In this document: one piece after another, positions 1 to 9,223 of the stretch
How the letters are laid out: each line of letters starts with the position of its first letter
How positions within the stretch are numbered: position 1 is the stretch's first letter
NCBI GenBank assembly: GCA_964538855.1
Contig: CAZIEY010000002.1
Location: 65,709-129,708, forward strand
Source: an uncultured Candidatus Saccharibacteria bacterium
GTDB lineage: Bacteria; Patescibacteriota; Minisyncoccia; Phycocordibacterales; JAACPR01
DNA: 64,000 nucleotides
Direction of reading: 5' to 3'
The notes under the pieces: model-generated
Database searches by the model: none
What the model was told of the DNA's origin: nothing
Seen by the model: the letters and a program-made list of their open reading frames with translations, nothing else
Translations under genes and position numbers: made by a program

Positions 1-770
1 CAACCGCTCACATGAACTGGTGTAGAAAAAGTCGCTGTTTTAATTTTGACACCATTTTGATCATCCATCACGCGAATTGGTGAAAGCGCATTTTCACATG
101 CCACGAATTGCCCTTGCTCGAGAGTTCCATTTTTAATTACAAGCGTTGCGGAAATTCCGATGCGTTTGTCTTTATTTACTTCGACAATATAACCAGTTGC
201 AGGTAGGGAAGTATCGGCTTTGAGACCTTCTACTTCGGCAGAAAGCAAAATGAGGTCGAGTAATTCCTCGATGTTTTCACCAGTTTTTGCAGAAATTGCA
301 ACGGCTGGCACATTACCACCGTAACCTTCGACATAAATTCCGTTTTCGACAAGGCTGTTTTTTGTTCCATCAACGTTAGCACGCGGCGCGTCGATTTTGT
401 TAATTGCAACAATGAAAGGCATTTTTACGCGATTAATGACCTCGTAAGCTTCCATTGTCTGGGGCATGACACCATCTTCTGCAGACACAATTAGAATCGC
501 AATGTCTGCGACGGAGGCACCGCGACTACGCACACCTTTGAATGCTTCGTGACCAGGAGTATCCAAAAAAGTGATACGTTTTACTATACCTGCCTTGTCT
601 TTATGTTCGACTTCGTATGCACCGAGGTGTTGGGTAATTCCGCCTGCTTCGCCTGCAACAACATTCGATTTGCGAATAAAATCAAGAAGTGTCGATTTTC
701 CGTGATCGATGTGACCCATGATAACAACCACAGGTGGGCGCTCTATGAGGTTAGGAGTTTTGTCAGACAT
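1..770 (-). CDS. infB: Translation initiation factor IF-2 (runs off window start)
   Basis: Hand translation from CAT at 768-770: MSDKTPNLIERPPVVVIMGHIDHGKSTLLD, with DTPGHEAF downstream; IF-2 G-domain motifs. Not in the ORF track because the stop lies outside the window. Confidence 0.95.
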   Translation of the reverse strand, partial: MSDKTPNLIERPPVVVIMGHIDHGKSTLLDFIRKSNVVAGEAGGITQHLGAYEVEHKDKAGIVKRITFLDTPGHEAFKGVRSRGASVADIAILIVSAEDGVMPQTMEAYEVINRVKMPFIVAINKIDAPRANVDGTKNSLVENGIYVEGYGGNVPAVAISAKTGENIEELLDLILLSAEVEGLKADTSLPATGYIVEVNKDKRIGISATLVIKNGTLEQGQFVACENALSPIRVMDDQNGVKIKTATFSTPVHVSG

Positions 771-774
771 TGCC

Positions 775-1254
775 CTACATGATGCATGATTTTTGGGCGT
801 TTGTCAAAGCTAGATTTTCTTCTTCTGACAGATTTACCTCTGCTTTAAAGCTTGAAATTTTCTTGGTAAAGACATTGACGCGGTCACGAGTGTGGAGGCT
901 CGATACGATAACCCCATCACCGTTGCTATTGAGAAGTGCCACTGCGAATGATTTTCCGCCAGATTCAGCGCCGGCAAACGCATTGAAGTTGATTGCTTCT
1001 ACTCCGCGAATACTTTGGCCAATTCTTTTCTCGACTGTTTTCAAGTAGCTTTCTAGCTCTGTCTTAAACACACCAAAATTGTTCAGGTCTTTGCGCATAA
1101 TAACAAAAGAATCTTCGAGAGATTGGGCGTCTTTTCCATACATCAATTTACTGACTCGAATTTGCAATCGGATATTCCAAACAAGTAAAATAATGAAAAG
1201 AATCGATAAAAGAATCAACATATAAAATTGTATGTCACTTGTGATGAGTTCCAT
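775..1254 (-). CDS. DUF4446-like membrane-anchored protein
   Basis: N-terminal TM helix, then SFAVALLNSNGDGVIVSSLHTRDRVNVFTKKI...LSEEE, typical of DUF4446. Start placed at ATG 1254, 10 nt after a TATAAT. Confidence 0.75.
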   Translation of the reverse strand: MELITSDIQFYMLILLSILFIILLVWNIRLQIRVSKLMYGKDAQSLEDSFVIMRKDLNNFGVFKTELESYLKTVEKRIGQSIRGVEAINFNAFAGAESGGKSFAVALLNSNGDGVIVSSLHTRDRVNVFTKKISSFKAEVNLSEEENLALTNAQKSCIM

Positions 1255-1274
1255 AATGTGTAACATTATAAAGT

Positions 1275-2495
1275 ATGAATCTATTTTTCAAAAGGGTGTT
1301 CTTAGATTATGCAGCAACAACGCCGGTTGATGCGCGGGTTTTTCGCGCAATGAAACCGTATTTTTCGGATAATTTTTCTAATCCGCTCTCTTTTTACCAA
1401 GAGGGTTTAATCGCAGAAAGGGCCGTGTCAGAAGCGCGTAAAAAAGTTGCTCAAATTACTGGAGTTAAAGACACTGAAGTTTTTTTCACTGGCTCAGGAA
1501 CCGAGAGTGATAATCTTGCTTTATTTGGAATCTTGTCTGGAATTAAAAAAGATGACTCTCATTTATTTGAAATGTGGAAAAATAAAAAGCCGCACATTTT
1601 AACAACGGTTGTTGAGCATCCTGCAATTTTAGAATCAGCACGAGAAATTGAAAAGATGGGTTTGGCGACGGTCGCATATATGCCAGTTTTGGAAGAGGGT
1701 TTGGTCGACACGTCAACACTTCAAAAGTATTTGTCGGAAGACACACTCGTTGTTTCTATAATGCTTGTAAATAATGAGATCGGTTCTATTAATTCTATTC
1801 GAGATGTGAGCCGTGAAATTAAAAAGTTCAAGAATAAAATTGGACGTCGACACGATGAAGCTCCGTATCTTCACACTGATGCGAGTCAGTCACCATGTTT
1901 TCTGGATGTTCATTTGGATAGGCTTGGCGCAGATCTCATGACGCTCGATGGGTCAAAGATTTATGGACCAAAGGGAATTGGGTGTTTGATCAAAAAAAGT
2001 TATGTGCCGATGGCAGGAATTCAGTTCGGTGGTAATCAAGAATATGGTATTCGTCCAGGGACACACAATGTTCCAGCGATTGTCGGATTTGCAAAGGCTC
2101 TTGAGATCGCACATATGTATCGTGAAAAAGATAGTGCAAGAATTGCTGCGCTTCAAACATATTTTTTGGACGTTCTCGCAAAAGATTTTCCAGAGGTGCG
2201 AGTAAACGGTGGAATTAAAAATCGTATCCCTAATAACGTGAATATTTGTGTTGATGGTTTAAATTCTGAATTTGCTGTGATTCAACTCGATGAACTCGGT
2301 GTGGCATGTTCTGCGATGACATCGTGTAAAAGCACTTCCGAAAATGCCCGGTCGTATGTAGTTGATGCGCTTGGAAAAAAATGCGGAACATCGTCGTTAC
2401 GATTCACACTTGGAAGAAACACTTCTCGCACTGACATCAATTTTGTAGCCAAAAAGTTACGAAAGGTTATTGACTTGCAAAAACTTGGAAAATAG
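1275..2495 (+). CDS. iscS: Cysteine desulfurase (IscS/NifS family)
   Basis: LDYAATTP, GSGTESDN, HTDASQ, SKIYGPKGIG (PLP lysine), RPGTHNV, SAMTSC. Confidence 0.9.
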   Translation: MNLFFKRVFLDYAATTPVDARVFRAMKPYFSDNFSNPLSFYQEGLIAERAVSEARKKVAQITGVKDTEVFFTGSGTESDNLALFGILSGIKKDDSHLFEMWKNKKPHILTTVVEHPAILESAREIEKMGLATVAYMPVLEEGLVDTSTLQKYLSEDTLVVSIMLVNNEIGSINSIRDVSREIKKFKNKIGRRHDEAPYLHTDASQSPCFLDVHLDRLGADLMTLDGSKIYGPKGIGCLIKKSYVPMAGIQFGGNQEYGIRPGTHNVPAIVGFAKALEIAHMYREKDSARIAALQTYFLDVLAKDFPEVRVNGGIKNRIPNNVNICVDGLNSEFAVIQLDELGVACSAMTSCKSTSENARSYVVDALGKKCGTSSLRFTLGRNTSRTDINFVAKKLRKVIDLQKLGK

Positions 2496-2523
2496 GTGAA
2501 ATTTTGCTACTATAGAAATACAT

Positions 2524-3327
2524 ATGAATGATTTAAATTCGCAACAAATCGTTTTATTGACTCTTCTCGTAAGCTTCGTAACTTCGATTGCAACGGGTAT
2601 TGTGACTGTATCATTATTAGAGCAGGCTCCTGAACCTGTAACGCAAACTATTAACCGAATTGTAGAGAAAACAGTAGAGCGAGTTGTGTCTGAACCAGTA
2701 GAGGGAAATGATAAACCAACTGAAAAAGAAGTAGTAACCGTGGTTGTTAAAGAAGAGGACCTCACTATCGATGCTGTCAAAAGAAATTCAGACAGTGTGG
2801 TGCGAGTTTACAGTGTAGTGGGCGGTGTCAAACAATTTATCTCGCTAGGTCTTGTCATAGGGGGTAATGGTGATTTTATTACTGACAGTAGTCGAATCCA
2901 AAAACGAAATAAATATGTTGCTGTCTATAAAAACGGAGAATTTCCTATCGAAATTTCATATCAAGAAGACGGTGGATCTTTCGTAATTATGACACCGACT
3001 CAAAAAGATGCGACTGGTTTCGTGACGGGAACATATGCTGATTCAAACAGTATGCAGCTCGGTCAATCGGTAATTGCACTTGCAGGAGAAAATTCGCTTG
3101 CGGTTGCCACAGGAATAATTACACAGATTCTCAAGGAGGGCGAATCGGTTACTCGAATCGACACTTCGATTCCTTCAGTAAGTGTTTTGCCTGGCACAAT
3201 GTTTTTGAATCTCAAGGGTGAAATCGCAGGTCTCAATGTGTCGACCGTTGGCTCGATTTCATTTGTGCCAGCTAATATGGTAAAAGAGTTTTTATCACGT
3301 CGCGTCCCAGTTGTTGCTAATAAATAA
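2524..3327 (+). CDS. Membrane-anchored trypsin/HtrA-like protein, probably catalytically inactive
   Basis: N-terminal TM; HtrA-like segments ADSNSMQLGQSVIAL, ATGII, LNLKGEIAGLN; catalytic His and GNSGG motifs not recognisable. Confidence 0.65.
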   Translation: MNDLNSQQIVLLTLLVSFVTSIATGIVTVSLLEQAPEPVTQTINRIVEKTVERVVSEPVEGNDKPTEKEVVTVVVKEEDLTIDAVKRNSDSVVRVYSVVGGVKQFISLGLVIGGNGDFITDSSRIQKRNKYVAVYKNGEFPIEISYQEDGGSFVIMTPTQKDATGFVTGTYADSNSMQLGQSVIALAGENSLAVATGIITQILKEGESVTRIDTSIPSVSVLPGTMFLNLKGEIAGLNVSTVGSISFVPANMVKEFLSRRVPVVANK

Positions 3328-3333
3328 AAAATT

Positions 3334-6018
3334 ATGGTGCCACCATTCAAAAATTTTACATCGAAAGCAAGAGAGGCGATTCGACAAGCGCATGAATTGG
3401 CGCTTGAACGTGGACAAAATCACGTCAATCCACTCCATTTGCTCACCGCACTTCTCACACAAGACGAGAGTTTGGTTATTTCCATTCTCGATAAAATGTC
3501 CAAAGATAGCACTCTGATTTCAGAACGCCTCTTTGATTTGATTGAGGCGCCAGAAGGTTCACCTACATTGTCACCATCATTTCAAATGTATCTATCACCG
3601 GAATTGGCGCAGGTGATCGAGCATTCTAGTCGTATTGCAACCGCGATGAAGGATGAATTCGTTTCAGTCGAACACCTTTTACTTGCAATGTTTGATGCGG
3701 GTGGAGAGGTCACTGAAATTCTTAATCAATTTAAAATTGATAAAGAAGAAGTACTCCGCATCATGAAAGAATTGAAAAATTCCAAGGGTTCAGAAACACA
3801 CGCCACAAAATCTACAAAATCGATTCAGAAATATACACAAAGCCTGACTAAAAAAGCACTCGAGAAAAAGATTGATCCTGTGATAGGTCGTGATTCAGAG
3901 ACAAATCGCATTATTCAAATTTTGTCTCGTCGCACAAAAAATAATCCAATTTTAATTGGAGAAGCGGGTGTTGGTAAAACCGCGATTGTCGAGGGGCTTG
4001 CGAATCGAATCACATCGGGCGATGTACCAGAATCTTTGAAAGACAAAGATGTCGTTTCGCTTGATCTCGGTTCATTGGTGGCCGGAACAAAATACCGTGG
4101 TGAATTCGAGGATCGCCTCAAGAAAATCATGAAGGAAGTCAAAGAGGCCGACGGTAAAATTATTTTGTTTGTGGACGAAATTCACATGCTTGCAGGTGCG
4201 GGTGCAGCCGAAGGGTCACTTGATGCTTCGAATATGCTAAAGCCGGCTTTGGCACGTGGAGAATTTAAATGCATTGGCGCGACGACTCTCAAAGAATATC
4301 AAAAATATATTGAAAAAGACGCGGCGCTGACTCGACGTTTTCAGCCTGTTTTGGTGAGCGAACCTTCCGTCGAAGACGCAATTGCGATTATGCGTGGACT
4401 CAAAGAAAAATATGAACTTTACCACGGTGTACGAATTACAGATGACGCGATTGTGGCATCAGTTGAATTGTCGAGTCGTTACATCACCGACCGATTTTTG
4501 CCAGACAAAGCAGTTGATTTAATTGATGAAGCTGCATCAAGTTTGAAAATTGCGCTTGATAATATGCCACCGGAATTGGAGGCGGCTCGTCGTAAAATTT
4601 TGCGTCTTGAAATTGAACATGAAGCGTTGAAAAACGAGGAGAAAAAATCTGTCAAAGCCCAAAACCGTTTTCGTGATGTCAAAAAAGAAATTGCTGACCT
4701 CAAAGAGGCTAATAGCGAATTGGATTTGAAATGGAAAAACGAAAAGGAAACTATTGCGATCATCAAAGGCCTCAAACAACAGCTAGAGGTGGCGCGCATC
4801 GATGCGGATGCGGCGGTTGCTTCGGCTGATTTGACGACAGCTGCCGAAATTAAGTACGGTAATATTCCAAATCTCGAAAAAGAATTGGCGGCTGCTGACA
4901 AGCGCCTCAAAAAATTGCAGAGCTCTCGACGTATTTTAAAAGAAGAAATTTTGGAATCGGATATTGCCGAAGTAGTTGAACGATGGACTGGTATCCCAAC
5001 AAACCGCATTTTGGAAGGGGAAATCGATAAATTGTCACGCATCGAGACAGAACTCAAAAAGAAAATCATCGGTCAAGATGTTGCAGTCCGAAAAATCGCT
5101 GATACGATTCGTCGCTCACGCGCTGGGATTTCTGATCCAAATCGTCCGATCGGTTCGTTTATTTTCCTCGGGCCAACAGGTGTGGGTAAAACTGAATTAA
5201 CAAAAACGCTCGCGGAATTTTTATTCAATGACGCCAAGGCACTTATCCGTGTCGACATGTCTGAATTTATGGAGAAACATTCAGTTTCAAAATTAATCGG
5301 TGCTCCGCCAGGATATGTTGGTCACGAAGAATCGGGCAGTTTAACTGAAACGGTACGTCATCGACCGTACTCGGTAATTTTGTTTGATGAAATTGAAAAA
5401 GCCCACCCAGAGGTTTTCAATATTCTTCTTCAAGTTCTCGACAATGGACGCCTCACGGATGGAAAGGGTCGCGTGGTCAACTTCAAAAACACTGTTATTA
5501 TTTTGACTTCAAACATCGGTGCTGAACACATCGACAAGATGGAAAAAATCGGTTTCATCGACAATACGAGCGAAGCGAAACAATACGAGGACGCCAAGAA
5601 AAAAATCGAAAAATCTCTCAAGGATCATTTCCGTCCAGAATTTTTGAATCGTCTCGATGATATTGTGATTTTTGATGTCTTGAATCAGGACGTGATCAAA
5701 CAAATTGTTGATATTCAAATGACCGAAGTTGCAAAGCGTCTTGCTGAAAAAGAAATTACACTCAAATTTACACCGGCTGTCGTTGCGTATCTCGGAGTGA
5801 ATGGTTATGACGCACATTACGGAGCGCGTCCTATCAAGCGCATTATTCAAAACAAGATTTTGAATCAAATTGCACAGCTCATTATTAATCGAAAAATCTC
5901 AGCTGGTGACACGATTTCTCTCAATGTGAAAAACGATCAATTTGTCTTTGACGTAAAATCTGGCAAAATCGCGTCATCTTTCAAAGACTCGGACATCAGC
6001 GAAGTTTTATCTGTCTAA
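3334..6018 (+). CDS. clpB: ATP-dependent chaperone ClpB
   Basis: Two AAA+ modules ([16 protein letters not shown]), Clp N domain, long middle coiled coil; 894 aa. Confidence 0.93.
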   Translation: MVPPFKNFTSKAREAIRQAHELALERGQNHVNPLHLLTALLTQDESLVISILDKMSKDSTLISERLFDLIEAPEGSPTLSPSFQMYLSPELAQVIEHSSRIATAMKDEFVSVEHLLLAMFDAGGEVTEILNQFKIDKEEVLRIMKELKNSKGSETHATKSTKSIQKYTQSLTKKALEKKIDPVIGRDSETNRIIQILSRRTKNNPILIGEAGVGKTAIVEGLANRITSGDVPESLKDKDVVSLDLGSLVAGTKYRGEFEDRLKKIMKEVKEADGKIILFVDEIHMLAGAGAAEGSLDASNMLKPALARGEFKCIGATTLKEYQKYIEKDAALTRRFQPVLVSEPSVEDAIAIMRGLKEKYELYHGVRITDDAIVASVELSSRYITDRFLPDKAVDLIDEAASSLKIALDNMPPELEAARRKILRLEIEHEALKNEEKKSVKAQNRFRDVKKEIADLKEANSELDLKWKNEKETIAIIKGLKQQLEVARIDADAAVASADLTTAAEIKYGNIPNLEKELAAADKRLKKLQSSRRILKEEILESDIAEVVERWTGIPTNRILEGEIDKLSRIETELKKKIIGQDVAVRKIADTIRRSRAGISDPNRPIGSFIFLGPTGVGKTELTKTLAEFLFNDAKALIRVDMSEFMEKHSVSKLIGAPPGYVGHEESGSLTETVRHRPYSVILFDEIEKAHPEVFNILLQVLDNGRLTDGKGRVVNFKNTVIILTSNIGAEHIDKMEKIGFIDNTSEAKQYEDAKKKIEKSLKDHFRPEFLNRLDDIVIFDVLNQDVIKQIVDIQMTEVAKRLAEKEITLKFTPAVVAYLGVNGYDAHYGARPIKRIIQNKILNQIAQLIINRKISAGDTISLNVKNDQFVFDVKSGKIASSFKDSDISEVLSV

Positions 6019-6136
6019 AAACAAAATAACTCGAAATTTTAAAAGTCTGGTTGATCATCAACACAAAACGCACATCCACTTCTGAACGTGCGTGATGCGA
6101 CCCGAGGACTTTAAAATTTCGAGTTATTTTGTTTTT
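6017..6136. repeat. Palindromic repeat element, copy 1 (long form)
   Basis: Arms AAAAACAAAATAACTCGAAATTTTAAAAGTC / GACTTTAAAATTTCGAGTTATTTTGTTTTT; core shared with 9141-9222 and 23990-24111. Confidence 0.9.
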
Positions 6137-6137
6137 T

Positions 6138-6224
6138 TGGTGCGCAGAGAAGGATTCGAACCTTCGTAACCCATTGGGTGACAGATTTACAGTCTGTTGT
6201 AATTGACCACTCTACCATCTGCGC
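6138..6224 (-). tRNA. tRNA-Tyr(GTA)
   Basis: GCGCAGA acceptor stem, ACAGA-CTGTAAA-TCTGT anticodon arm, long variable arm, GGTTCGAATCC T-loop, encoded CCA. Confidence 0.95.
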
Positions 6225-6327
6225 AATACATACTATACTAACCGTTTTTGAGGTGATTGTCCATCATGGAAAGTCATCTTTTGTTGACATCGCTAATAAC
6301 TATTAGTATAATATTACCCATACAAAT

Positions 6328-6948
6328 ATGTTTAATCACGACGACTCAAAGGATTTTTATGCAAACATCTCGTACTTCCTTGCGGTTACTATAGGGGTTT
6401 TTGCCGTTACTTTTGGGACCTTGTATTATTTGAATTTGGTTCCTGGTTCGCTTCGACAAGCGGCCACCTTGCCGGAAGAAGAAATAGAAGATGTCGAGGA
6501 CGCTCCAATCAGTGCTACTTTGCCGGATCGAATTACCATTCCAAAAATAGGACTTGATGCAATTGTTGGGCATGCGCCTTCACAGGACATTGCGACACTC
6601 AATAGATATGTTGCAGCTGGCGCAGTGTATTATCCTGGGTCTGGAACAATAGAGCAGGGGAATATGTTCGTATTTGGCCACAGCTCTGATTTGTATCGCT
6701 CGGTGCAAAATCCTGCCGACAAGGTTTTTAATAATTTGACCAAGCTTTCTGCTGGCGATGAAATCACTGTGACAGGGGATGGTCAACGATATGTGTATGT
6801 TGTTACTTCCGTTCGTGCCGCCAAGGAGGACACAGAATTGGTGACTTTTGATACTTCTAAGCGTCGAATTACGCTTTCTACTTGTAATACTTTTGGCGAG
6901 AAACAGGATCGTACTGTGGTTGAAGCCGAATTTAGCTATAGTTTATAA
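6328..6948 (+). CDS. Sortase
   Basis: N-terminal TM, ITIPKIGL, FGHSS (His), ITLSTC (Cys), downstream Arg in QDRTVVEA. Confidence 0.88.
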   Translation: MFNHDDSKDFYANISYFLAVTIGVFAVTFGTLYYLNLVPGSLRQAATLPEEEIEDVEDAPISATLPDRITIPKIGLDAIVGHAPSQDIATLNRYVAAGAVYYPGSGTIEQGNMFVFGHSSDLYRSVQNPADKVFNNLTKLSAGDEITVTGDGQRYVYVVTSVRAAKEDTELVTFDTSKRRITLSTCNTFGEKQDRTVVEAEFSYSL

Positions 6949-6973
6949 GGGTATTTGAGACTATCAATATTGC

Positions 6974-7001
6974 TTGACAAAAGTATACAAGGTGATATAA
7001 T
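6974..7001 (+). promoter_or_regulatory. Sigma-70 promoter of orphan unit
   Basis: TTGACA-16 nt-TATAAT with TG extension. Confidence 0.7.
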
Positions 7002-7091
7002 ATATTTCAGGAGTTTAGGTGATGCGTCGTTACGCGTTATTCTGAGCTTGCTCATTCTCAAATCTCGAACCAACCCCCTAGGAGAAGTATC

Positions 7092-7964
7092 ATGTGGATG
7101 TGGACCTGGATCAAAACTCATAAGGCGCTGACGGCACTTGTAGTCTTGGCGATTGCCATTGCGGTGACTGCCTGGAGGAAGTGGCCTGATACCACCAAGA
7201 TCGAAGCGTCCGCAAAGGCTGAAATGCATGTTAAACTGCAGCAGCTTGAGGACGAGAAAAAGGTCTTAGCGGATAAACTTGCGAGTTCGGAAAAGTTCAC
7301 CAAAGAGTTGGATGAATGGAGCACGCAGCAAACAAATAAGCTTGCTGCCGTGTCGAACGAACTCGTGCAGGTCAAAGCAGCTCTTGAAGCTGCTACTAAG
7401 CCGGCGACTACAGACGCGGTGGAGCGGGCTTCAAACCCCAGTTCATCGGTGTCGTCGACCCTGACGATCAAGGTGCAGGAGAAGAGTCAGGCAGTTGACC
7501 GAGAGCACGCCGAGGCAAAGCTGCAAGGCATGTTCACTTCGGGAACGTTGGTTGATCCAAAGGCGCCTGTTGAAACCCAGCGTGCCTTCGGAGAAGCTCT
7601 AGCCTCGATGTCTGTTCCCAGCAAGTCTGGTGCAGACCTCAAGGTGACGGAGCGCTTCGTTCCTGCGGGATATCTGTTGGTTCCCACCTGGGAGCAGCAA
7701 CAGACAAAGCTGGGTGGAAACCCAGAGATCGATATCCCCCTGTACAAGGGTGAGTTGGTTGCGGGAACTAAGACCGCTCCACCTGTCGATATCGACTTGG
7801 AATCGGGATACTACTGGTTCCATGTCACCGATGCAAAATTGGTGAATCGGGCGTGGAAACACGCCGTTGAGCAAGAGGTACTTTGGGGCAGAAAGAAAGG
7901 AACTGCGCCCAAGACCCCTTCTCCTCGATCCAGCTTCTTCGGAAGAGGGTCGAGGACATCATAA
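7092..7964 (+). CDS. Orphan membrane-anchored coiled-coil protein (SD-led unit)
   Basis: SD AGGAG; N-terminal hydrophobic helix, coiled coil; no recognised family. Confidence 0.75.
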   Translation: MWMWTWIKTHKALTALVVLAIAIAVTAWRKWPDTTKIEASAKAEMHVKLQQLEDEKKVLADKLASSEKFTKELDEWSTQQTNKLAAVSNELVQVKAALEAATKPATTDAVERASNPSSSVSSTLTIKVQEKSQAVDREHAEAKLQGMFTSGTLVDPKAPVETQRAFGEALASMSVPSKSGADLKVTERFVPAGYLLVPTWEQQQTKLGGNPEIDIPLYKGELVAGTKTAPPVDIDLESGYYWFHVTDAKLVNRAWKHAVEQEVLWGRKKGTAPKTPSPRSSFFGRGSRTS

Positions 7965-8020
7965 AGTCGTGGGGGTCGCAAGAGTGAGGATAAACACTCA
8001 AGCGACCTGGTCCATGCAAT

Positions 8021-8050
8021 ACGCGTCTCCCGTCTGGGCGACGCGTTTTC
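8021..8050 (+). terminator. Intrinsic terminator
   Basis: ACGCGTC...GACGCGT hairpin followed by T run. Confidence 0.7.
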
Positions 8051-8110
8051 ATTTGACAAATACTCTTACATATGGTATCATATTAATGAAAATAAATTAT
8101 TTAAAAATAT

Positions 8111-9133
8111 ATGAGTTTATCATTCAACACAAAGAAATATATCAAAATTATCGCATCTTTAATGTGCGTGTTTGCTTTGGTTCCTGGTAGTGTTCATGCA
8201 TTTACAACTATTGCTCCTCAAGATGGTTCATTTACTACAATCGCGCCGCAAGACAGTTCGGTTACAACTATTGCTCCTCAAAATGGATCGGTTACAACTA
8301 TTGCTCCGACGCATCACCAAGACTCGTCTTTTACTACAATCGCACCCTCATACGGTGGTTCTAGTAATTATGGTTCATACGGCGGATCTATCAACTACGG
8401 TGGTTACTCCGGCTATTCAAGCGCATACAGCTACGGCACAAACGGTCCTTCATATACGCCTCGATGGAATCCGAATGTTGGCAACTGGTCTGCGAGCTAC
8501 CAAACAAATTATGCGGTGAATGCCCCTGTTCCAAATACACCAGCTTTCGTTAACGGAAACGGCGGAGAAGTTGATATGAGTGGTTGGACTACAGACTATC
8601 GATTAACATACGGAACAAATACAAGCACAGATTATCGCGTAACTTGTTTCGTTGAAGATACAACTGTTCGACGTGGTGACGATGTAGAATTTTCTGCTCG
8701 AGCTATCGGCGGTTCTGGTGACTACGAATACGAATGGTTTGGTGACGACGGTATCGACAGTTCACGAGATGAATTCGAACATGACTTTGATCACGATGGT
8801 GTGTATCGTGTTTCTGTTGAAGTAACAGATGCGGATGGTTACACTACTTCTGATGATTGTGATCCTATATATGTCGGACAGGGTTATTACGGAGTAAATT
8901 ATGTCCAAGATTACGGCTCACCAGAAGGTGAATTGGCAAATACTTCGTCTGTGTATTTGAGCCAGGTGCCTTATACAGGTGCCAAAGACAATGCGAAAAT
9001 CATTGGTCTTGTCGCACTTGTTGCAGTGTGGTCGGTCGCTCTCGGGTATTATTTCTTGAAGCGCCGAAGCACTCAGGCCGTTTCTAACCGAATTGCAGAT
9101 TTCAAGAAGGCGAATCTCGCAAGTCGAATCTAA
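8111..9133 (+). CDS. Secreted surface protein with TTIAP repeats, PKD-like domain and sortase-type VPYTG signal
   Basis: Signal peptide ending VHA; five (F/V)TTIAP repeats; GGSGDYEYEW...YRVSVEVTD PKD-like domain; VPYTG + TM + KRR tail. Confidence 0.8.
   Translation: MSLSFNTKKYIKIIASLMCVFALVPGSVHAFTTIAPQDGSFTTIAPQDSSVTTIAPQNGSVTTIAPTHHQDSSFTTIAPSYGGSSNYGSYGGSINYGGYSGYSSAYSYGTNGPSYTPRWNPNVGNWSASYQTNYAVNAPVPNTPAFVNGNGGEVDMSGWTTDYRLTYGTNTSTDYRVTCFVEDTTVRRGDDVEFSARAIGGSGDYEYEWFGDDGIDSSRDEFEHDFDHDGVYRVSVEVTDADGYTTSDDCDPIYVGQGYYGVNYVQDYGSPEGELANTSSVYLSQVPYTGAKDNAKIIGLVALVAVWSVALGYYFLKRRSTQAVSNRIADFKKANLASRI
8201..8347 (+). repeat. ~30-nt in-frame tandem repeat (five degenerate units)
   Basis: Units like tttacaactattgctcctcaagatggttca encoding FTTIAPQDGS. 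Confidence 0.85.
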
Positions 9134-9140
9134 TACGAAT

Positions 9141-9222
9141 CAAACAAAAAACTCTTATATTTTAAAAGTCTGGTTGAGCGAAAGCGACCCGAGGACTTTA
9201 AAATTAAGAGCTTTTTTGTTTG
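9141..9222. repeat. Palindromic repeat element, copy 2 (short form, GCGAAAGC cap)
   Basis: TTTTAAAAGTCTGGTTGAGCGAAAGCGACCCGAGGACTTTAAAA inside arms CAAACAAAAAACTCTTA / TAAGAGCTTTTTTGTTTG. Confidence 0.9.
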
Positions 9223-9223
9223 G

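Noticed and set aside
4479-5069. Long antisense ORFs (also 44303-44911, 47388-48020, 22483-23028, 48919-49428)
   Set aside because: They shadow better-supported genes on the opposite strand and lack motifs or expression signals.
8201-8347. 30-nt periodic repeat as a CRISPR array
   Set aside because: Units are contiguous, in frame and vary synonymously; there are no spacers and no cas genes.
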